DNA from: a virus
Length of the DNA: 64,000 nucleotides
Reading direction: 5' to 3' (one strand)
Virus record (IMG/VR): IMGVR_UViG_3300047548_001509
Span: 18,783-82,782 of that record
Positions within the stretch are counted from its first letter, which is position 1, and each line of letters begins with the position of its first letter. The notes under the pieces were generated by a model. That model was not told where the DNA came from. It saw nothing but the letters and a program-made list of their open reading frames with translations, and did no database searches. A program made the position numbers and the translations under genes. Of the stretch, positions 29,569 through 38,639 are shown piece by piece.

Positions 29569-30300
29569 ATGAGAATTTGCGTTTCTGGTCCCCAATGTAC
29601 AGGTAAATCAACATTCATTAAAGATTTCTTGAGTGAGTGGCCAAAGTATAAGACAACAAAAAAGACATATAGGGACATTATTACTGAGAATAATTTAACA
29701 CATTCATCGGTAACAACAGAAGAAACACAACGAAAAATTCTCGATTGGATGGTCATCGAGGGGAGGAAGTACTCCCCTCGTGACAAAATTATCTTTGATC
29801 GTGGACCGCTTGACAATTTAGTTTATACAATGTGGGCAGCTGGCAATGGGTTGGTTTCTGAAGAATTCTTTAAAGAAACGACAAAGCGAGTAAAGAATGC
29901 GCTAAAATATGTAGATTTAATTATCATCATTCCTACAGACCCATCTATTAAGATGGAAGATGATAATCTAAGAGATACAAATATTCAATATCAAAAAGAT
30001 ATTAATGACATCTTTCTGTTTTTGCATGATCAATACAAAAACAACTTTGAATCAGATGTTTTCTTCCCATATAATGACTCCCCGGGGGTAATAACCATTA
30101 GTGGCACGAGAGAGCAAAGAATATCGTATCTTAAACAGAACTATTTTGATAGTAGTGGTGATATCTACGGTGATGAGCATTCTATTCTCAATCCAGATCA
30201 TCTTGATATGATTGAAGATTTGATTGAATATCAAGAAGGTAGTCTTAAAGCTGAAAAAGAGATCGAAGAAAAGATCAAAAAGCTGAAAAACGGACTTTAA
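29569..30300 (+). CDS. P-loop kinase (AAA_28/NMP-kinase-like)
   Basis: SGPQCTGKST, IFDRGPLDNLVY. Confidence 0.75.
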   Translation: MRICVSGPQCTGKSTFIKDFLSEWPKYKTTKKTYRDIITENNLTHSSVTTEETQRKILDWMVIEGRKYSPRDKIIFDRGPLDNLVYTMWAAGNGLVSEEFFKETTKRVKNALKYVDLIIIIPTDPSIKMEDDNLRDTNIQYQKDINDIFLFLHDQYKNNFESDVFFPYNDSPGVITISGTREQRISYLKQNYFDSSGDIYGDEHSILNPDHLDMIEDLIEYQEGSLKAEKEIEEKIKKLKNGL

Positions 30301-31051
30301 ATCCACTGTCCCCAGTTCCAGGGCCTTGAGTTGATACACTCACATAATATGTATCATTTGGTGTTTGGTTCGTTGATAGCATAGGCATACTCACATCAAA
30401 TCTACGGCTTTGTGAATATGATATATTTGCTAATTGTATATCAACGTAATTAATTTCGATATTACGTGCAAATACAATATTCCAAACTCTCAAATACGGG
30501 CTTATACTTCCAACGATTGGTATGGTTGTGGAAAAACGTACGTGTTGATAATACTGTACGTTATATTTACCAAGGTCTGTAAAACTTGTAATATATGTAG
30601 GGGCACCGCCGCTACTCATACCTACATACCCATAAGCTTTAATACCACCAGATTCAACCACAGCACTAATTGTTGTGACGTCTGTTTGGATCTGGGTAAT
30701 TGTTTCATTTGTTGTTTCAACAGATGCTTCTAAGCTTGTTATACTTACAGTATTAGCATAAATCTGCGCTGAAAGTGCATTAAATGCAGTACCCCCAAGA
30801 GCGTCGACTGTAATTTGTAGGTCTGCTAGGTCTTCTTCAAGCTCAACAATAGCATTATCAAGAGCAAGATCATTAGCTGTTAAGACACTGTAAAAAGTGG
30901 TTTGGTATGTATCAATGACGAGGTCGTCAAAGTCCATAATATTTGTTCCATCTTCTGTTTCGACAATGAGCAGATCACCACTTTCGATACCACCTATTTG
31001 TGGTAATTCTTTGATGTTTACAAATATATTCTCGTTACTGATCTTAGCCAT
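30275..31051 (-). CDS. Putative virion structural protein (fibre/baseplate-like, coiled coil)
   Basis: NIKELPQI...GDLLIVET N-term, heptad-like middle; TATAAATA upstream. Confidence 0.5.
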   Translation of the reverse strand: MAKISNENIFVNIKELPQIGGIESGDLLIVETEDGTNIMDFDDLVIDTYQTTFYSVLTANDLALDNAIVELEEDLADLQITVDALGGTAFNALSAQIYANTVSITSLEASVETTNETITQIQTDVTTISAVVESGGIKAYGYVGMSSGGAPTYITSFTDLGKYNVQYYQHVRFSTTIPIVGSISPYLRVWNIVFARNIEINYVDIQLANISYSQSRRFDVSMPMLSTNQTPNDTYYVSVSTQGPGTGDSGFKVRFSAF

Positions 31052-31057
31052 TTATTT

Positions 31058-31065
31058 TATTTATA
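31058..31065 (-). promoter_or_regulatory. T4-type late promoter TATAAATA
   Basis: Exact consensus 6 nt before ATG at 31051. Confidence 0.75.
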
Positions 31066-31066
31066 A

Positions 31067-31606
31067 CTAGGTCGTTAGTATAAGGTAGTTGATATTTTTG
31101 AAATGGTTTTCATAGAGATATTTTAAACCATATTTTTGGAAAAATTTTTGTTGCTTCTTTTTATCACTTTTACACGATCTTAGCGTCCACCCTTTTGAAA
31201 TAGCAGATGCAGATCCACTGTTATATTCTTCGTAGAATTTCTTTGCACCTCCAGGAAATTCATAGATAATAATACCAATAGTGGTTATACATGTTTTGAT
31301 AAATTCTTCCAAAAATAGTTTAATATCCGCAGCTGTATCAATAAAGATAGTATTTAATTTTGTAAAGGATAACCTATGTGAAGAATATATAAAGTATATT
31401 CTCTGAAAATTGTGTTGTACGTGAATTTCACACAATCTTTTTATAAGATGGTGATATACAATCTTTTTACTATCCTTATGGTTTATCGATGTCGATAACA
31501 GTCCATATTGTATGATATCTTTCTGAATGTCTAATGCAATCTCATTTATCGAATCAATGAGATCTGTAAATGAGAGATTTTCAATGGGTATGTAATAGGG
31601 ATTCAT
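31067..31606 (-). CDS. Hypothetical protein
   Basis: 179-aa ORF. Confidence 0.6.
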   Translation of the reverse strand: MNPYYIPIENLSFTDLIDSINEIALDIQKDIIQYGLLSTSINHKDSKKIVYHHLIKRLCEIHVQHNFQRIYFIYSSHRLSFTKLNTIFIDTAADIKLFLEEFIKTCITTIGIIIYEFPGGAKKFYEEYNSGSASAISKGWTLRSCKSDKKKQQKFFQKYGLKYLYENHFKNINYLILTT

Positions 31607-32032
31607 TTAGAATTTTACTTTACCGAGACGGCAATTTATAATCCCATTGTAGTATTCTTCCTTTAGAAGTACATCTTCAATTATTTGAAGTTTAATTTCT
31701 TCATAAGCTAGATGTGACTTACTGTTACAAAATTTAAGTATATCAAAGGAAAAATTTTCTTTTCCTAACTTCTTAATGTCACTATTGAGTTCATTTGATG
31801 AACCAGTATATGTTTTCCAGTCTGTTTCCTTTTCTACCCGTCTGGATTTTTTCTTTCCCTTTAGGGGTTTAAGCTTACGCATAGTAAGCATTTGCTTTTT
31901 TCCAATATACTTTCGATTTGTAACGTTATTTGTTATTTGGTATATAAAACCAAAAGCGTGTTCCACAAAATCAGTCTTCAGATTCCAATGGCCCAGGTTT
32001 TTGAGACTTTGATTTTCGTTTTTTTCTTCCAC
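31607..32032 (-). CDS. GIY-YIG endonuclease (compact)
   Basis: GFIYQITN....RKYIGKK, YTGSS, E...Q, YYNG. Confidence 0.88.
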   Translation of the reverse strand: MEEKNENQSLKNLGHWNLKTDFVEHAFGFIYQITNNVTNRKYIGKKQMLTMRKLKPLKGKKKSRRVEKETDWKTYTGSSNELNSDIKKLGKENFSFDILKFCNSKSHLAYEEIKLQIIEDVLLKEEYYNGIINCRLGKVKF

Positions 32033-32228
32033 GCTTAGTATTTAATCCTGGTCTGCGTTGTATTCCAGACCCTTTTGGTGTGCGTGTATCACCAGGGGCG
32101 TATGAATCTGTAGAGTATATTGAATGAGGTGGTTCAAATCCTGGTGAATAATCTCCGAAAACACCCCCATCACCGGATATCATTTCTTCTTTAATAAATT
32201 TGTTATAAAACTCTTGAAATCTATCCAT
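31971..32228 (-). CDS. Small late protein
   Basis: TAAATA at 32241-32246; N-term MDRFQEFYNKFIKEE; basic C-tail. Confidence 0.55.
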   Translation of the reverse strand: MDRFQEFYNKFIKEEMISGDGGVFGDYSPGFEPPHSIYSTDSYAPGDTRTPKGSGIQRRPGLNTKRGRKKRKSKSQKPGPLESED

Positions 32229-32252
32229 GTAGCTATATAGTATTTAGGTCAG

Positions 32253-32648
32253 ATGGAACTACTCAAGCAATATATTGAAGAACTTAATAGAGATCTTATA
32301 ATTAACGACCTCAATGTAAAAGAGGTACAAATGAGATTACCAGCACGTAAGCATTTTTGGATAGGTCGATCTATTAATGCAAAAATTGAATTAGCAAAGC
32401 TGGAGAAAAAAGAAAAGCAAATGAGAGAAGAAATATTTGCAAGAATTTCGGCAACTTCTCCAATTGCAATGTCACATAGTCAGGTAAATATTGCTGTCAA
32501 TAATACTGCTGAAATGTCAAGGATTATGGAGCAAATTAAGGAGTATAAGTATATTGTTGAGTATCTTGAAAAAATTGAGAAAGTTTTTTCTCAGATGACA
32601 TTTGATATTGGTAACATTATTAAAATTATACAACTTGAGCAAAACTGA
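32253..32648 (+). CDS. uvsY: Recombination mediator UvsY-like
   Basis: Helical 131 aa, LPARKHFW...FDIGNII, directly before uvsW. Confidence 0.7.
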   Translation: MELLKQYIEELNRDLIINDLNVKEVQMRLPARKHFWIGRSINAKIELAKLEKKEKQMREEIFARISATSPIAMSHSQVNIAVNNTAEMSRIMEQIKEYKYIVEYLEKIEKVFSQMTFDIGNIIKIIQLEQN

Positions 32649-34072
32649 TGGTCACAGTTGATTATAATTCTAAAACCCGGATGGGTAGACTTATATGTGA
32701 TAGTGTAATTATAGAAACTGTCCGTAATAACTTTTCTCAAGAACGCAAGGGTATATTTTACATAAAGAAAGTGAACAAGCATGTCTCACAGAGAGAATAT
32801 GTGTTAACACCGGGTGGTCAATTTAAGATAGGTTTATATAAGTTGATTATATCATACATAAGACATGAACTGGATCTAACCGTATCATTAACAGATAATT
32901 TTAAGAGCTATATATCAAAAAAGTATGGTCATGATATAATTGAGTATGAAAAATACCCGCTAAGATATTATCAAAAAGATATAGTAAATAATTGTCTCAA
33001 CACCATTAATGGTGTTGTTGTATTAGGCACAGGTGGCGGCAAAACACTAACAATGTGTACTTTGTTAGAGACAATTTATAAAAACTCTAAAGATCCAAAT
33101 CTCTTTAAATGTTTGATTATAGTTCCAGATCTAGGTCTTGTAACACAAACATATAATGATTTTAAAGAATATGGATGTACATTTTCGCTTCAAAAATGGA
33201 CAGGAAGTAATGATCTTACTATGGATTACAATGTGGTAATTTGTAATATGCAGATACTGCTTCGTCGATTTAAAAATGAAGAATGGCTAAAATATGTCGA
33301 TCTATTAATGGTAGATGAAGTACATAGAATCACTGCAACAGAACTACAGTCTGTTGCCATTAAAATTAAAACAGAGAATCGATTTGGGTTTACTGGTACA
33401 TTACCAATAGATAAGATTAATTATTGGAATGTATTGGGTATCATTGGCCCGCTTATATATGAAAAAAGATCAAAAGAGTTAAGAGATGACAAATATCTTG
33501 CAAATGTAGAATGTAAGATATTAAACATTGAGTACAACGATGTTACTGATCTTATCTATAATAGTTCATTTGAAAATGAAACTAATTTTATTATCAACAA
33601 TGAGTTTAGAAACAATGTTATATTAAAATTATGTACCAATGTAAAAAATAACATATTGGTAATGGTTAATAGGATTGAACATGGTGAGATATTAGAGAAC
33701 ATACTGAAGCGTTCTGGTAAGCGAGTTTATTTTATTCGGGGCTCTGTTGATGTTGAAACAAGAGAAAAAATAAAGAGTATTATTGAAAATGAAAATAATG
33801 TAGTATGTGTTGCAATAAGTAAAATATTTTCAACAGGTATTAATATTAAGAATATACATTATATTATGTTTTGTGCCGGTGGAAAAGCATTTATACAAAT
33901 AGTTCAATCAATTGGGCGGGGATTAAGATTACACCCCAATAAATCTAAACTAACTATTTTTGATGTTGCAGATAACCTTAAACATGGTACAAATCATTCG
34001 GTAGAGAGAAAGAAAATATATGAATTGGAACAAATAAAATTTACTGAAACAAATATCATTGAAAAATCATAG
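32648..34072 (+). CDS. uvsW: UvsW SF2 helicase
   Basis: LRYYQ, GTGGGKT, DEVH, GFTGT, FSTGINI, QSIGRGLR. Confidence 0.92.
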   Translation: MVTVDYNSKTRMGRLICDSVIIETVRNNFSQERKGIFYIKKVNKHVSQREYVLTPGGQFKIGLYKLIISYIRHELDLTVSLTDNFKSYISKKYGHDIIEYEKYPLRYYQKDIVNNCLNTINGVVVLGTGGGKTLTMCTLLETIYKNSKDPNLFKCLIIVPDLGLVTQTYNDFKEYGCTFSLQKWTGSNDLTMDYNVVICNMQILLRRFKNEEWLKYVDLLMVDEVHRITATELQSVAIKIKTENRFGFTGTLPIDKINYWNVLGIIGPLIYEKRSKELRDDKYLANVECKILNIEYNDVTDLIYNSSFENETNFIINNEFRNNVILKLCTNVKNNILVMVNRIEHGEILENILKRSGKRVYFIRGSVDVETREKIKSIIENENNVVCVAISKIFSTGINIKNIHYIMFCAGGKAFIQIVQSIGRGLRLHPNKSKLTIFDVADNLKHGTNHSVERKKIYELEQIKFTETNIIEKS

Positions 34073-34084
34073 AAATAACATAAA

Positions 34085-34558
34085 ATGAAATCAAAGCCAA
34101 GAAAACAAAGGTCAAAAGAAGAAGAAAAATTTTATATTTCACCTGCTGAATTCAGAGATGAATTACGAAAATTTTACGAATCAGGTAGTGAAATAGTTCC
34201 AGATATTTTAGCGGAAAACATTAAAAAGATAGCGTATGGTTTAAGTTATACACATCAATTTAAAGGTTATACATATATTGAGGATATGGTTGGTGATGCA
34301 ATTCTTAAAATGTATGCAGCTTTAAAATACAAGAAGTATTCATTTAACACTGTTACAAATCCCTTTTCATATTTTACTACTATTGCATGGCATGCTTTTA
34401 TTAACAGAATTAAGAAAGAGAAAAAATGTCAAGAGACGCATGAAGCATATAGAGAAAAAATGTATAGTGAACTTCTTATTGATGACCCTGATGGTGTTGG
34501 GTGTATATACGTAAGACCAACACATTGTGATGATGATTTTATAGATGATGGAGATTAA
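34085..34558 (+). CDS. gp55: Late-transcription sigma factor gp55
   Basis: KIAYGLS...FKGYTY.EDMVGDA, NPFSYFTTIAWHAFINRIKKEK. Confidence 0.9.
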   Translation: MKSKPRKQRSKEEEKFYISPAEFRDELRKFYESGSEIVPDILAENIKKIAYGLSYTHQFKGYTYIEDMVGDAILKMYAALKYKKYSFNTVTNPFSYFTTIAWHAFINRIKKEKKCQETHEAYREKMYSELLIDDPDGVGCIYVRPTHCDDDFIDDGD

Positions 34559-35594
34559 TGAAAAAGAAATAGCAATATTTTCTGACCTTCACTTAGGGGT
34601 CCATGGAAACTCAACAAAGTGGCACGATATAACACTTGAGTGGGTTACATGGATAAAGGATGAACTAAACGACAAAAAAATCAAAACCATTTTCTTTTTA
34701 GGGGATTGGTTTGATAATAGGAGTGAAATTGCAGTTAATACTTTAGATGTATCAAGCAAGGTATTAGACATTCTAAAAGATTTTAAACTGATCATGATAA
34801 CTGGTAACCATGATCAGTTTTTTAAATATAGAACCGACGTACATTCTCTTTCAATCTTAAAAGGTAGAGAAAATGTTACTATATTAGACAAACCTTCTTA
34901 TATTACGGTTAATGGGAAGAAGTGCGTTTTCATTCCGTGGGGTTATAATTTAAGCGATATTGAACCAGGAGATTGCTGCTTTGGTCATCTTGAGGTTGAG
35001 TTGTTTAATATGAACAACTCTGTTATATGTGAGCATGGAATTAAAATCCCAGAGCTATTAAGCAAGTATAAATTATCCTTTTCTGGACACTTTCATACCA
35101 GATCAGAAAAAGCCTTTAAAGAAGGTAAAATTGTTTACGTTGGTAACCCATTTGCAACGACATTTAATGACACTGATAATCAAAAAGGTTATTATATTCT
35201 TAATACAGATACACTTAATTATTCGTTTTTCGGTAATAGTGTATCACCAAAATATTATAAGCTTCTTTTATCAAATATTATAAAGGAAGAAGGGATAACA
35301 ACAAACTTAAAGAACATATTTTGTAATAATTTCATAACCATCAAGATTGACAAAAATGTATCATCTGATGACATGCACACACTTCAAACTGTGTTCTCCC
35401 AATTAAAGGCAGAACAAATAGTGTATGATTATGACACATCTTATAATAAGATACAAAATGATACAGCAGATCAAGATTTTAGTGGAGTTGACATCCCACT
35501 AGCATTTGAGCAATTTATTCAAATGCTAGATATAGATGATAAAAAGATGATGGTAGAGTTCATGGTTGATTTATACAAAAAGCACAAAAAATGA
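34545..35594 (+). CDS. gp47: Recombination nuclease subunit gp47 (Mre11/SbcD-like)
   Basis: SDLHLG, LGDWFD, GNHD, GHL, SGHFH. Confidence 0.92.
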   Translation: MMEINEKEIAIFSDLHLGVHGNSTKWHDITLEWVTWIKDELNDKKIKTIFFLGDWFDNRSEIAVNTLDVSSKVLDILKDFKLIMITGNHDQFFKYRTDVHSLSILKGRENVTILDKPSYITVNGKKCVFIPWGYNLSDIEPGDCCFGHLEVELFNMNNSVICEHGIKIPELLSKYKLSFSGHFHTRSEKAFKEGKIVYVGNPFATTFNDTDNQKGYYILNTDTLNYSFFGNSVSPKYYKLLLSNIIKEEGITTNLKNIFCNNFITIKIDKNVSSDDMHTLQTVFSQLKAEQIVYDYDTSYNKIQNDTADQDFSGVDIPLAFEQFIQMLDIDDKKMMVEFMVDLYKKHKK

Positions 35595-37405
35595 AGCAGG
35601 TTATTTTTAAGAAGCTAACTATTAGAAATTTTTTATCAATTGGGGACGAACCGGTTTCTATTGATTTTGGTCCGGGGCTACATGTTATAACAGGCTCTAA
35701 TATTGATAAGCCAGAAAGAAAAAATGCTGTTGGGAAGACTACTATTCTCAATGGTTTTTACTGGAGTATATTTGGTAATACAATTGATGGTCTCAAGAAG
35801 GATCTTATCATAAACAATGTAGTTGGTGGTACGGCAGAATGCAAATTAACATTTGATGTAATAACATCGACATCTAATAATTCTTATGAAATTATAAGAA
35901 GGTTAAATCCATCTAACTTAACATTTACATGTAATGGTGTTGATAAAACAAGAGATTCTATTGCAAATACAAATGATTATATTTGTGAAGTATTATCAGC
36001 TTCCCCTCAATTGTTTCAGAATTGTGTTGTTATGACTATCAATAATACAATTCCGTTCATGGCAAAGAGTAAGACGGATAAAAGAAAGTTTATTGAAGAT
36101 ATTTTTAGCTTAGAAATATTTTCACAAATGGTACAGACCGTTCGTGGTCAATATAATGAAATTACGAAAAAACATGAGATTGAACGGTCAAAATATACAG
36201 AGCTATGTCTATCACTAAATAATTTAAATGAGCAAAAACAATCACTGATTGAACAGAAGAAACAAAAAGTGGAGTTATACAAAAAGAGGCAGAAAGATAA
36301 TGAAGCTCAGCTAAAACTATACAATAAAGAGATCAATAGTATTGAGGTGGTAGAGATATCTGTTCTTGAAGAGAAAAAAGCTGCACTAGAAGCCGGGGAG
36401 AAAAATTTAGAATCGCAGATAAGCGATATGACTAGTAAAATTACTGCAAGTAAATTGAGTAGAGCTCACGAACAAACCGTGTTACAAAATATTGGTACAG
36501 ATAAAGATCTTTGCCCGACATGTTTAAAACCAATAACAAGTGATGATATTGACCACATTAAAGAAGAAAAGGTTAAGATATCCAAGAAAATAGATGATAT
36601 AACTAATGCGCTGGAAAAGTTAGAGATAAAAAAGAAACACCTTACAGATAAAAAAAGTAAGATACAAGCAGCATTACAGCAAGTAAACAAAAAAATAACG
36701 CAAAATTTTGTAAATTCTATGAAGATACAAAATTTGACTGAAAAGATTGAACAGATTAAAGAGTGGCAGAAAACTCTTGTTGATGATATTGCAGAATGTA
36801 TTAGTGATAGTACTGAGTTTGATAGTGCTCTTGCAGATGTTGAATCTCGTATAAAGGTTATTGAAGGTGCTTGTGTTGAGTTAAAGAAAGAAATATCAAA
36901 ACTTGATGTTGCTAAATTTATTCTTAGCGATGAAGGAGTGAAGTCCTATATTGTGAAGATACTTTTAGATCAACTTAATTCTAGACTTTTATATTATCTT
37001 AATAAATTGGATTCAAATTGTATTTGCTACTTTGACGAGTTTTTTGAAGAAGAAATTCTCAATGAGCGTAAGAGAGCATGTTCATACTTCAATTTCTCTG
37101 GTGCTGAGAAGAAGTCGATTGATATTGCATGTATGTTTGCATTCTCAGATATCAAAAGAATGCAAGGCGGTGTAAAATATAATGTAACATTTTACGATGA
37201 ATTATTTGATACATCTTTTGATGAAAAGGGTATTGAATTGGTTGTTGGTGTATTAAAAGAAAGAGTTGAGAAATATAATGAAGGATGTTATATTATTTCA
37301 CACCAGAAGGGATCTGTTAAGAATGTAACCGGGCAGGTTATATATCTTGAAAAGATGAATGATATAACTCGTCGAGTTGAAATTCCTGAAGGTATGTTTA
37401 ATTAG
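35591..37405 (+). CDS. gp46: Recombination ATPase gp46 (Rad50/SbcC-like)
   Basis: RNFLSIG, NAVGKTT, CPTC hook, FSGAEK, YDELFD, ISH. Confidence 0.92.
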   Translation: MKQVIFKKLTIRNFLSIGDEPVSIDFGPGLHVITGSNIDKPERKNAVGKTTILNGFYWSIFGNTIDGLKKDLIINNVVGGTAECKLTFDVITSTSNNSYEIIRRLNPSNLTFTCNGVDKTRDSIANTNDYICEVLSASPQLFQNCVVMTINNTIPFMAKSKTDKRKFIEDIFSLEIFSQMVQTVRGQYNEITKKHEIERSKYTELCLSLNNLNEQKQSLIEQKKQKVELYKKRQKDNEAQLKLYNKEINSIEVVEISVLEEKKAALEAGEKNLESQISDMTSKITASKLSRAHEQTVLQNIGTDKDLCPTCLKPITSDDIDHIKEEKVKISKKIDDITNALEKLEIKKKHLTDKKSKIQAALQQVNKKITQNFVNSMKIQNLTEKIEQIKEWQKTLVDDIAECISDSTEFDSALADVESRIKVIEGACVELKKEISKLDVAKFILSDEGVKSYIVKILLDQLNSRLLYYLNKLDSNCICYFDEFFEEEILNERKRACSYFNFSGAEKKSIDIACMFAFSDIKRMQGGVKYNVTFYDELFDTSFDEKGIELVVGVLKERVEKYNEGCYIISHQKGSVKNVTGQVIYLEKMNDITRRVEIPEGMFN

Positions 37406-37408
37406 AAT

Positions 37409-38617
37409 ATGTTCAACAATTTGTACCAATCAAACCTATTTGCTCCTAAAAAAAATTTACAGGGTGTTTTTAATCCTCAGATACAAAAACAGCAAATTGA
37501 AGAACCAAGAGAGTTAAGCTACCCTAGAGTCGTTCAATATATTGCAGATCAATCAGGATGTGCACATTATAGAATGATTTGGCCGGAGCAGTTCTTGAAT
37601 GCTGAGAATAAAACAATGTCTTCATCTCTTACTTGTATGGTGTTACAACCGCAGTGGTATAAAGGTGTTAAAGTTGTAAAGGTACAAAGACAAGCTACAG
37701 GGATTCAAAAACAGTTCATGCAGTTTCTTAAGAGTGTTCAAAACGAACATGGTTTTCGACTTATATATGAAGTAGACGATGTTGTATTCTCTGAAGATAT
37801 TCCTAATTACAATAAGTTTAAGTTTGCGTTTGATTCAGAAGAGATAAGAAATAATTGTATTGACATGATTAACATGTGCGATGAAGTCACCGTCACGTGT
37901 CAGTTCATGAAGGACTTATATCAGGAAAAAACAGGTAAAAAAGAAATAAGTGTTATACCAAACTTCCCGCCAAATTGGTGGATGGGTTATCTTTATAATA
38001 AAGATAAAGTGTTGAGAGACTATTCACAAAATTATAACAAGCCTAGAATTTTATATACAGGATCTGGAGCTCATTTTGATGTTGAAAATAAAAATGGTGG
38101 TGTTGATGATTTTTCCCATGTTGTTGATGCAGTGAGAAAAACTGTTGATAAGTTTCAATGGGTCTTTATTGGTTGCTTTCCACCAAGCCTTATTGACTTA
38201 GTTAAAGCAAAAAAGATTGAATTTCACCCCTGGCAGACACTTTACAAATATCCTCAATTGGTATATAGACTAAATCCTACAGCCACAATAGCACCTCTTC
38301 ACGATAATAATTTCAATAGAGCTAAATCAGATATTAAATTTATTGAATCATCTATTATGGGCATACCAAGTTTCTGTCAAGATATGTGTACCTATGAGAA
38401 TGCAATGTTTAAATTTAAGACAGGGGATGAGTTAGTAGATTCAATTAACTGTTTGGTCCGCAATAAAGAAAGATATAAAAAAGTTGTACCACAACTAAGG
38501 GAGGTTGGAGCAAAGCGAATTCTCGAGCAAGATGAAAATATTTCATGTTATGAGGAGCTTGTGTTACACCCGTATGGATCTCCGGAGAGAAAAAATATAT
38601 TAAAGTGGAATGCTTGA
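37409..38617 (+). CDS. GT-B (GT4-like) glycosyltransferase
   Basis: SGCAHYRMIWP, YEVDD, CDEVTV, APLHDNNFNRAKSDIKFIE. Confidence 0.75.
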   Translation: MFNNLYQSNLFAPKKNLQGVFNPQIQKQQIEEPRELSYPRVVQYIADQSGCAHYRMIWPEQFLNAENKTMSSSLTCMVLQPQWYKGVKVVKVQRQATGIQKQFMQFLKSVQNEHGFRLIYEVDDVVFSEDIPNYNKFKFAFDSEEIRNNCIDMINMCDEVTVTCQFMKDLYQEKTGKKEISVIPNFPPNWWMGYLYNKDKVLRDYSQNYNKPRILYTGSGAHFDVENKNGGVDDFSHVVDAVRKTVDKFQWVFIGCFPPSLIDLVKAKKIEFHPWQTLYKYPQLVYRLNPTATIAPLHDNNFNRAKSDIKFIESSIMGIPSFCQDMCTYENAMFKFKTGDELVDSINCLVRNKERYKKVVPQLREVGAKRILEQDENISCYEELVLHPYGSPERKNILKWNA

Positions 38618-38639
38618 GGAAATATTCTAAACTTTAGTT

